The notes below the pieces were generated by a model. The model did not search any database, was not told where the DNA came from, and was given only the letters and a program-made list of their open reading frames with translations. This document shows positions 54,448 to 64,000 of a stretch of 64,000 bases of DNA, in pieces. The position numbers and the translations under genes are program-made. Source of the stretch: Eledone cirrhosa. Its lineage: Eukaryota. Numbering within the stretch: position 1 is the first letter of the stretch; each line of letters begins with the position of its first letter. The stretch lies in the NCBI GenBank assembly GCA_964016885.1, contig OZ024740.1, positions 331,886,001 through 331,950,000 of the forward strand, read 5' to 3'.

Positions 54448-56224
54448 AAGAGAGAGAGAAAATGTTGTGTTATGATATGACCTCATACCAAACCGAAAGT
54501 GGGAGAGAAAAGAAGAGTGTGTAAAGCACGAGGTGGTAAATGATAGGCGTACAGCCTGAACCCCGGAGACCAGCAAGGCTCATGAATGCTATCCAAGTAT
54601 CTTGCTCGGGCTCTAGCCCCATGACTCCTGCCAATTGATGTTGCCCGTAAAATAAAGCTGTCCTTTTGCGATATTCAACACTCATAATGAATTATGCCGA
54701 CTTAGCAGTATTTATCCAAAAAAAATACTAGAGAATTGCTATAGAGACATCGCGGCCACAAGAAGCTTTCCATCGATCTCCTCCCGCAGAGGATTCTACA
54801 ACAGATTCCCTGGAACGCGATCATGTGCGTTTTTGAGCATACACTTCTTGGCAATACTTCTACGATATTACAAAGATTTTACACGGCCACCAGTTTATGG
54901 ATTTATCTCGGTGTTCTGTGCTAAGTATAAGCACATTTGAAATTGGGAGAATTCAACCAGATAGTTGACTAGAAATACAAGCTTTTTGATATAGGGATTT
55001 CAGCAGTGAGGAGATAGGCCGATGGTTGCACTTATTAGGCAATGATCAGATTATCAGATGAACATCGACACGGTAACGGGTGAATAATAGCTTCTGGATG
55101 AAATAACTCCTTCTGGGGGCAGGATACTTTATCTATTAAGTAATCATCAAGTTACTTTTATTCAGAATTCAAATCAAATTGAAGAAATATTTTGAAAAAC
55201 GACGTGTATGGGCTGGCTGTAAAAAGATTATACAGCTTTATAAATTATAGAGCAGCAGAATAAGTGTGTTAATAATTTTTAGAAATGTCAATTGTTTGTT
55301 TTTAAATGTCACACAAGACTTCTTTGCTGTTCATCTCTATATGAAGCATAAGATAAATATATATCATTGAGAAGAATTGATTCATTTAAATATGTTCACC
55401 AATCAATAACATTTTGGAATTTGTCTAGTAGCATAAATTAAGTTATCAATCTTTTGAATAGAATTATATGGACTGAAACAAACTAATTAACTTACTACAT
55501 TTATTCTCGTATCTCTATAGACTGAAATCAAATCCTACGTTTTATCTAATCGTGTCTCTCCACAATCTTCATATTTTTAGTAGATAGAGATAATTTATTA
55601 GCAAACAAAATCCCAAACCAAATTCATGTAGTTAGTGATTCTGGGAGTAACATACCAATTAAAAGAATATCTTGTACTCAGACAAGAAATAAATAGGAAG
55701 GCTTCATCGCAAATGGTAAATTTCATTGTGTGATAGCAAAAATTCTAGTGTACTGAAAGCACAATGAAGTTTTATATATAGCCATCTATTTTTTCACTCG
55801 CCACTTATTTCAGGCAATTCTGCCTAAGCTAAGATAGAAATATGTGGATTCTGAATCGATGAAACATAAATTGAACGTGTGAGTGAATTAATCCTAGAAA
55901 GGTAAAAAGAAAAGTGAAGCAGATATTGTAAATGTTCTAACTTTAAGCTGTATTTCTTCCTCTTGTTGATCGACTTGTGAGATGTAGCAATCTAGACATT
56001 ATGAGTTCACAATCTATATTGTTATTAAAATGGATTGTCACATCCGATAATGAAGTCCTATGTGTCTTATTTCCTAAATAGTGAAAGGGCAGTGATGCTT
56101 TGAAATCCATTGATAAATGATCCACTGAGGACTAAACGATGTGCCTGATAAATAATTATGGACATCGACAAAAACGGTTCATTCTAATATAAAAGTGAGT
56201 ATCTATTAGCAGAAACCGTAAGTT

Positions 56225-56413
56225 GCTGGATTGCCAATATTGATAGAGTGTCAGACACCATCCTTTTGCAGCATGCAGTTATAGCCCTTTACGTTCTGAG
56301 TTCAAATCCAGTCGAGGTTAATTTTGCCTTTTATCCTTACAGGGTTGATAAAATAAAGCACCAGTAATGCACTGGCGTAATTGCTGGCCTTGGGCCGAAA
56401 GTAGAAACAATTA
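56225..56413 (+). mobile_element. tRNA-derived SINE
   Basis: gttctgagttcaaatcc B box, shared core, tail gcactggcgtaattgctggccttgggccgaaagtagaaacaatt. Confidence 0.88.
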
Positions 56414-59287
56414 TAGTCTTCTCCTTGAGAGGTTACTTTGAAAGTTAATCCCAAGAGTTTTTAAAAATATATTATTCTGGCAACTCCTAGATAAATATCT
56501 CTAATCAGACAACAACCACAAAATCTAATCATAATATATATTTTGCCACCTGAGTTGAATACGCTTCGTAGGAATATATAAACATGACTGTTACTTTCAC
56601 CAATTAAATTTGAACAAGGGATCCCGTCAAAGTACATTGTCGTATTCTGCAGCTTGGTTGGTTTTAGATGCTAGTGCTTAACATCCTGTAACACATGCAC
56701 AACATTAGTCACACATTTGTGAAAAGCATTAAACAGGATCTTGACTGCATCCGAAAAAGAATGGAAGGACTTAATGCTATGCTTTGAATTAAAAACCTGA
56801 TTCTAAATATTTTAAATTATAATTGGATTTAAACACCTCACATCGTGTGTTTTTCCATTAATTTCCATGGGTGATCTCAGATAGTCGACGTTTTTCATCT
56901 CATTATATTGCAAATGTGACTTTCTATATTATGCAAATGTTTTATGCAGACCTGTTTCCTTGAACACTTTTTCTCAGCCCTAATTTTAATAATCATAATC
57001 AGCATCACTGCATTTTCTCTATTTCTGTATAAACAGATCACATCTCAGTCCTCCTAGATTAACAGAGTAACTTTCGATGAGGATAGCTAATGAGATCGAA
57101 AGATATACATGCTTTCACCAGTTTCTTTTAAATCAGTATATGCACCTATCGTCTGCATTTTCTAAAGATTTCAATATCTCTTAGATGTTGGCAAATTAAA
57201 TTTCTCTACAGTGCATCGAAATAAATGCCTCGGTATGTAGTCCGGTTGTTTGCCCTTGAATTCCGATCCATTCGATGTTACCTTTTCTTTTCATTCCTTT
57301 GGAGTCAATACATAACATACCAGTCCAGAGGCAGTAATTGGCGGAATTGTTGAGGTCCTGTAACCCCATACATCTTTTAAATTCAAATCCAGCCACTTAT
57401 CACCGTCAAAGCAGTAACGTCTATGTCACGAATTAATAACGGCATATAGTACCAACAATTAAAATACTAATAGAAACATTGTTTTCCTTTCCTGACCTGT
57501 CGATCAGTTCTTCCTTTTATCTTTGTTTTACATTTCAAACACAATGGTGGCAATAACTGTCTACTAATTGCATGAACATCAACAGAGATATATATGCTTT
57601 TCAATTCATATCGGCAAAGTGTTTTATCTCTTGGCCATCGTCCAAATGTTGTGCCATTTCTTTCTACTTTTCTTGTAAAAGGTTAGAGGCAAAGTCTATA
57701 ATTAATAAACATTGTATGATTAATTTTTATGTTGTTTTTAAAGATTAAGAATTTTAAATCCATACCTCCCGTTTATTCTAGCTATTAATTTCGAGTAATG
57801 TCTTCTCCACTCTGAAGTGACTGATTTTTATCTATCGCACATGAACAAATGCTTTTTTTTTTTCGTTTTATATTCATTCGTTTGTATCTATTGCATAGAT
57901 TTTACTAGGTTTAACTATATGTGTAGTGAATCAGGATAGCAAGTGTAACAGCATGATCGCCTAACCCTAACCCTAACCCAAAAATATCCCCCCACTTTGC
58001 ATTAATGGACACATATGTTTAAGGTTATCGCGAGATGATACATGCAAACCAAAACTAATAAAATTTCTCTTGCGAACAGCGATTTAATTTCGAATTTTTA
58101 CCAAACTGGGATTAACGACCTGTATATAAACCAAGAGGTAAGCGCCATATACAAACACACCAGAGCGCATTTTCACAACATCTAACGCTGCTGATTCAGT
58201 GCCAAGCATTTTCACTATATTTGGTCGATTCTCTAATATCATTCCTACCAATGCTAATGTCCCTAAACTGATGCTTTCGGTCTTTTTAGTTGATTCAAAT
58301 ACATAAACATGTATGGCAACTACATTTTATTGACTTAAACAGATATGTAGATGATAAATATCACTGTAGTTAACTGACAATTTTAAGCATTAAAGTTAAA
58401 ATATTATCAAATTAAAAAAGACAATCATTACAACCTGGATTTGTACTTTTAGAAATCAGAGATGAGTATAAAATCCTACATGAAGTTTTTGAGATAATAC
58501 TAGACAAAATGCTAGTGTTCATAGAACACACAGAACTTACATATTGTAGAGTTGCCAAGAAGCTTGTAGCACTACGCAAAATCGGAAACACTTCGGATAT
58601 GTAAAGAGCAACAGTAATTCTGAAGTAACATGGATTACGTTAGTCTCTCCTGAAACGAATATTGATCTAACATACTCAGCCAACTCAAATCAATACAGAT
58701 AAAAATTCTCAGGATCATACTTTTGAGAAAATTAAAGCTGCCAAAGAGCCTTGCGATCAACAACGTACATCAAAGGATACAGGTCACTGTAACAATGTAC
58801 TCTATAAAATGCACGCAACCCTTTAAAACCAAGAATTATACTGGCATCACATTATGAAACATATCGATCAATAACTTGTAGTAATACCGCATTCCAATAC
58901 ACTGAGGAATGTTGTTGAACATTCCGATATCAGATATATACGGATGCTGTAATGAGAGTTATGTTAGTGGACGGAATAAAAATTATCAAAACCGGGTGTA
59001 TAAGGACCATCTTCTTCTTTTACGTTTCACAATGAACTTACTGGGGAGTGGGAAAATGAACTCTATTTTGAGCTTCAATATCTAATGATGTCATTGCTTA
59101 CAAATACAGTGGCAATCATGATATTTATAATTCGTATGTAGCACCTATTCTTCCTTTCTCCACGTATTTCACGTCTTATAAGACGGTATTTTCTTTCAAA
59201 AGATATCCCAAGAAATCACCCTGCGTTTCATAAGGTCATGGGTCGGTTTAGATTACTGATTAGTGGACTTCATATATATATGTATAT

Positions 59288-60018
59288 AAGATCACTGATG
59301 AAGGACTAAATTTATTAATATGTAACCCATTTACAACCACGCAGAACGCTTGTTTTCATATTCACACATATATATTTTCCTCCGCTATGACCCGTCTGTT
59401 TCTTTCTTACTGCTTCCTCTTTTCTCTGTATCTCTCACTTCCCTTTACCCCCTCTAACAGTCACTCTCTCTGTTAGCCTCTTCCTCACCTTTCACTCACT
59501 CACTCTCTGCTACTCCCTCTCCTATTTCCTCCCGTTTGACCTGTGCGATATTCTTTCCTCACGCACACTTTGTCAATGCCGGTTGTTCTTTATTCTCTCT
59601 CGTCTACGATTTCACAGAACTTATGTTCACCGATTTCAGGGACTTGACTCCTTCTCCCTCCCGTTTAACCTGTGCGAAATTCTTTCCTTACTCACATTTC
59701 GACCAGGTTTGATGGTCTTTATTCTCTCTCGTCCACGATTTCACAGAACTTATATTCATCGATTTCAGCGACATGACCGACATGACTCCTTCCTCACTTT
59801 TCGTTGCATTACCAGCATTGATTGTTTGCAGTCTCGCTCGTTCCCCTTATTTACATGTCCCAACGACTTTCTTTAGCCGTTGCTCGCACCAACCGGAGGT
59901 ATATGGTCTTTAAAGCGATGAAATACCAATGAAGGTTGGAAGATCACTGATGAAGGACTAAATTTATTCATATGTAACCAATTTGAAACTACCCAGCACG
60001 CTTGTTTTCATATTCACC
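59288..60018 (+). mobile_element. Non-coding element with ~80-bp terminal direct repeats containing CTGATGA, between TA tracts (probable PLE derivative)
   Basis: aagatcactgatgaaggactaaatttatt...cgcttgttttcatattcac at 59288-59365 and 59940-60017; internal ~120-bp duplication. Confidence 0.55.
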
Positions 60019-60035
60019 CCCCCCACACACACACG

Positions 60036-60116
<81 letters not shown>

Positions 60117-60207
60117 CGAAGGAAATGTGGTAAGGAACCAGGTGGACCATAACGCACCAAAGTACTCAATACTTGGGGTAGTAGAGTGGGTAATAGGAAC
60201 CAGTAAG

Positions 60208-60301
60208 ACCCCGACGGCTGAGCTCAAGCCGTTTCGACGGCTAATTCTGGACTAAATGAAAATTTATCCTGATATTTAGATAGCCGATCTTCTCAAGGGG
60301 T
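60208..60301 (-). ncRNA. Type I hammerhead ribozyme, U3-A8 core, full helix III (3' pLTR)
   Basis: ACCCC-UUGAGAA-GA(U)CGGCUA...UAGCCGUC-GAA-ACGGCU(UGAGCUC)AGCCGU-C/GGGGU; predicted cleavage between 60213 and 60212. Confidence 0.85.
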
Positions 60302-61289
60302 AATTCCATATATGGTCAAAGTGATTGTCAAAAGTCAGTAGTAATTCTGTGATTGCAAATTAGTAGGGGAGATGGTGGCTAAACCTGCCAGTAGGAGAAA
60401 GAGGGGAGGGGGTGTAGTAGACCCAATCAAGCGTTGGTAGTGCCAGCTACAGCTGGGCATGAGGTCAAAGAAGATACTGGGGAGGGGGAGGGGGAGGAAG
60501 TCGGAACGGTAGGTAGAACAATGAGGGGTAAAAATATATATGAAAGAAAAAATACTGAGAGTGAAGAAAAGCGAGTAAGTGTAAAGAAAAAAGTAAAGCA
60601 AGTTCTACGCCCTAAGTCTCTAGCTATTGTTAGGCTAGATAAAAAAAGAAGTAAAGAAATAAATAAAGAAATAACGAAATAAGTAAATGAACTAGGTGGG
60701 ACGGAATAGGCAAGGACCCTTTTAAGAGGTAGAAGTACGTAAATCATACGGTGACAGGTCAATAAATGGGGCCAAAATACTAAAGAGACTACCACGAAAT
60801 AAATAATAAAGGTTTCTATCCCGGGCACAATGCCAGCAACCACCCAGTGCAGCAAAGTAAACTAGTACGAGATAATAATTCTGAGTCCCGAAAAAAATAT
60901 ATACTAATGCTAACTCTAAAGGATCTTATACAAGCTACATGAAAGTTCGTACGAAGTGAAGGTAGAATACGGAAAAATAAATTCAGAATCCACCCCGCCC
61001 AAAAGAAAAGCGAAGAAAGAAATACTGAAACGAGAAAATAAGGCATAAGTGCCACTAAGAAATATAGAAGGCACGGAAAATAGTGGGAGCGGTCGGAAAA
61101 AGGGGGCAAGTATCCGGGGTCTAAACCAACTGCTATAAAAAGCGGAGTCCGCCAAATCTATCATAGACTAGGGGAGGGGGTGGGGGTACTAAGGCTACAA
61201 GGGGCCAAAGGGCAGCCTCGGGTGGGCTAGAAAAGACGCCGACAAAGAAGAAGAGCTGGGGTAGAAGGACTAAGGAGGGATGATAGATG

Positions 61290-63154
61290 TCTATGTTGGT
61301 ATAGCCGGGACTTGAAGTCACATGCGGTAAGTCTTATATAGGCTTTGTTGGAGGTATCCGTCCTCACGTTGCACTGGTAGATCACATTACGGTCTCTGCA
61401 TCTATTGTCGAGTGGGCAAATGGATCTATCCGGACAGTTACACCTCCTGGTCGGTTCTCCACTGCTATTTAGGTTATTTCTGCCATCGGGGTTGAGTTTT
61501 TTGTTGTTAGAGGAGACGATGTTTTGTGCGAAGTTTAGTGTAGTGCTGTAAGAGAGTTTGATGGTATTTTTGTTAATTATGTTGTGGTAGCGGTGTTGTA
61601 GTGGGAAGTGTTTTTCAATGAGCCTAAAGAATAGTTTCCCGATGGGAGTTGTCACCTCTGCGTTGTGGGGAGGATTGAACCATGTTACATTGCGTGAGCG
61701 GCGGTGTCTCCTGCTGGTTCCGCTAATGGGAGCTGGACAGTAGGATATTTCCTCCCGGAAACCACTCCGCTTGAGGGCCTGGTTGTAATAAGGCGCATGT
61801 TCATCGAATATCCGCTCATTAGCTGACAAACGGAATATGCGGAGGGCGATGTTTTTGACCAGGTTGTTTGTGATGTTCTTAGGATGGTTTGATCGGCGGT
61901 GGATGTAGTGCAAGTTGTCATTAGGTTTCCTGTATGGGTAGTACAGGTCGTTATCGAGGTCGAGGGTCACGTCCAGGAAGTTTACTCGGGTCAGGGACGT
62001 TTGTAGGGTTATTTTAAATCCCCAGTCGCGGAAGAAGCTGATTAATTGTTTCCGGACCCGATCTGTACTACTGGGGTTGTACCCTTTAAGGGTAAGGAGC
62101 CCATCATTACGGTACAATCCACCACCGAATGCAGGAAACATATCAGTGAGTTTGGCTATTAGGAATAATCCTATAAGATCTGTGACCTCCGCCGAATCCG
62201 TGGCGCCCATGCTGACGTCGAAGGGTGAGTCGGGAGCTCTTTTTATCCATTTAGAGTCGTCAAAGAGTAAGATTGTCTTCCTGGCGTGGAGGATTATTTT
62301 TCTTTCCTGGTCGGTGATGGGCACAAGTATTTCGGCGAAGTCCAAGGCGGCAGTAAGTAGCGGTAGGTGATTGAAGCATAGTAGCTCTCTATGTCGAACT
62401 GTATGAATTTAGTGTCTCGTTTATCCTCCATATTGCTGAACCATGAGATTACTTCCTGGGTGTTGATCCATAGGCTAAGTCGGGCGTGTTGCTTGACTTT
62501 TGGTATCACGCGGTCTAGGATTTTTTTGCTGATTCTCCCTATGTCGGACTTCGTTGGGTTAATAAGCCTGATAGAGGGTTTACGGTCAAAATCGGATTTA
62601 TGGTCCTTCAGTGTGAAGTATGGTGTCCGTGGGTCTAGAGGCTCCGTGCGGTCGGCGACCCCGAGGCTGGAGGTAATTTGTTGTCCATCTCGATTTATGT
62701 CCTCGATGCAAGAGTGGTTGGCCTTTTTATAGGTGGAGTTTAGGCTGCTCCTGATCAGTGTGTGGTATCTCTCAGGGTTGACAAAGTATAGGTTCCCAGT
62801 TTTATCCGAATGCAACATGATGTCATTGGTGTTATCATACTCTGTTAAGTTGCTACGGAGTTTTTGTAGGAATCGGTTGTGTCTGGGTTTAAATTTAATG
62901 TTCTTGACCAGTTGGAAGAGGTCATTCTCGAAGGGTGAGAGCAAGGGGTTCGGGGGCGGAGATTTGTAGGTAATAAATCCGAATCTCTCCTTGGTGCCGA
63001 AGTCCTGGTTGTCGCAATATCTGTCATAGAAAAAAGTTCTCCATCTAAGTCTTTTCGCAAATAGATCGATTTTTTGCGTGAGCATCCGAAGGTAAAGTTT
63101 TTTCGGTGGGATTGGGATGTTCTTGGTAGAGAAGTCAATGTTGTGTTTTCGCAT
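61290..63154 (-). pseudogene. PLE RT/GIY-YIG ORF, disabled
   Basis: MRKHNIDFSTKNIPIP, SDKTGNLY, TLKDHK..RLINP.KSDIGRISK, FDIESYY, FDVSMGATDSAEV, YRND (YxDD altered), VNFLDVTL, WFNPP, CNC...CPL..C..NVIY..AYIRLT (YIG altered); frameshift ~62370; EN C-terminus lost after LYQHRH. Confidence 0.93.
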
Positions 63155-63339
63155 GGTGCGGGTGAAATGAATTGAGCTTAGCGGAAAAGTCTGGATACGG
63201 CGTGGTAGAGCCGGAAAGTGCTCTACTACGGGAGTAGGAGCTAGATAACAAAGGAAATGTGGTAAGGAACCAGGTGGACCATAACGCACCAAAGTACTCA
63301 ATACTTGGGGTAGTAGAGTGGATAATAGGAACCAGTAAG

Positions 63340-63433
63340 ACCCCGACGGCTGAGCTCAAGCCGTTTCGACGGCTAATTCTGGACTAAATGAAAATTTATC
63401 CTGATATTTAGTTAGCCGATCTTCTCAAGGGGT
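63340..63433 (-). ncRNA. Type I hammerhead ribozyme, U3-A8 core (5' pLTR)
   Basis: Same fold as 60208-60301; lies ~190 nt upstream of the ORF ATG. Confidence 0.85.
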
Positions 63434-63888
63434 AATTCCATATATGGTCAAAGTGATTGTCAAAAGTCAGTAGTAATTCTGTGATTGCAAATTAGTAGGG
63501 GAGATGGTGGCTAAACCTGCCAGTAGGAGAAAGAGGGGAGGGGGTGTAGTAGACCCAATCAAGCGTTGGTAGTGCCAGCTACAGCTGGGCATGAGGTCAA
63601 AGAAGATACTGGGGAGGGGGAGGGGGAGGAAGTCGGAACGGTAGGTAGAACAATGAGGGGTAAAAATATATATGAAAGAAAAAATACTGAGAGTGAAGAA
63701 AAGCGAGTAAGTGTAAAGGAAAAAGTAAAGCAAGCTCTACGACCTAAGTCTCTAGCTATTGTTAGGCTAGATAAAAAAGAAGTAAAGAAAGAAATAAAGA
63801 AATAACGAAATAAGTAAATGAACTAGGTGGGACGGTATAGGCAAGGACTCTTTTAAGAGGTAGAAGTACGTAAATCATACGGTGACAG

Positions 63889-64000
63889 GCCGTCAATATA
63901 CTAATGGAACGCGTCCAATCCACCGACCTACACTGCTTCGGGCTCACCACCACTGACATCCACCAACTCCTATCCATCGTAGTCGACAACACCTACTTCG
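63889..64000 (+). mobile_element. RT fragment of a different PLE family (runs off the window)
   Basis: Open frame AVNILMERVQSTDLHCFGLTTTDIHQLLSIVVDNTYF resembles the PLE RT segment preceding F.F...Y.Q. Confidence 0.6.

Larger units (their letters stand above)
60116..63888 (-). mobile_element. Young near-complete PLE (Naiad-like) with ~640-bp direct pLTRs
   Basis: 60116-60758 is nearly identical to 63250-63888; the ORF runs from ATG 63154 through RT and GIY-YIG; the 3' end abuts (TA)n. Confidence 0.95.

Noticed and set aside
57960-57979. Telomeric (CCCTAA)3
   Set aside because: Only about three units, interstitial; such short tracts are common in transposon ends and give no evidence of a telomere or fusion.
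57980-59100. Possible decayed DNA transposase
   Set aside because: No ORF of 60 aa or more and no motif I can support.
61380-61445. Selenocysteine recoding in the Naiad-like elements at 34.4, 42.5 and 61.4 kb
   Set aside because: The Zn-finger-like Cys positions use TGT/TGC (one is TCC at 42.5 kb); none is TGA.
62294-63301. Treating 62294-63301 and 61227-62345 as two genes or a programmed frameshift
   Set aside because: PLEs have a single ORF; the break lies mid-RT without a slippery site and accompanies other lesions (YRND, YIR, truncated EN). The likely start is ATG 63154.

Overview
AT-rich, microsatellite-dense eukaryotic (metazoan) non-coding DNA. The SINE family resembles those I associate with octopus/cephalopod genomes; this is inference only. 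I found no intact host gene, rRNA, tRNA gene or CRISPR array, apart from one weak candidate host exon at 559-698. Nearly all interpretable sequence is retroelement-derived. (i) At least ten insertions derive from Penelope-like elements (PLEs; RT plus GIY-YIG endonuclease), most ending in (TA)n tracts. They carry about 15-18 type I hammerhead ribozyme (HHR) motifs, several with the U3-A8 core covariation. (ii) A head-to-tail array of Tx1/L1-type LINEs is joined at (ATT)n tails. (iii) R4/Dong-type LINEs with a restriction-like endonuclease (RLE) sit in (TAA)n. (iv) There are also RTE fragments, tRNA-derived SINEs, a 1-kb Helitron and a MITE. The most interesting signals are: a tandemly duplicated ~230-nt GC-rich module with apparent covarying rod-like RNA structure in the 3' region of an HHR-bearing PLE (23500-24032); inversion breakpoints that recur at or just after HHR cleavage sites; and a SINE-tail-like hairpin embedded between short direct repeats in the 3' region of a PLE family. 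All alignments and folds were done by eye, so coordinates are approximate to a few bases.
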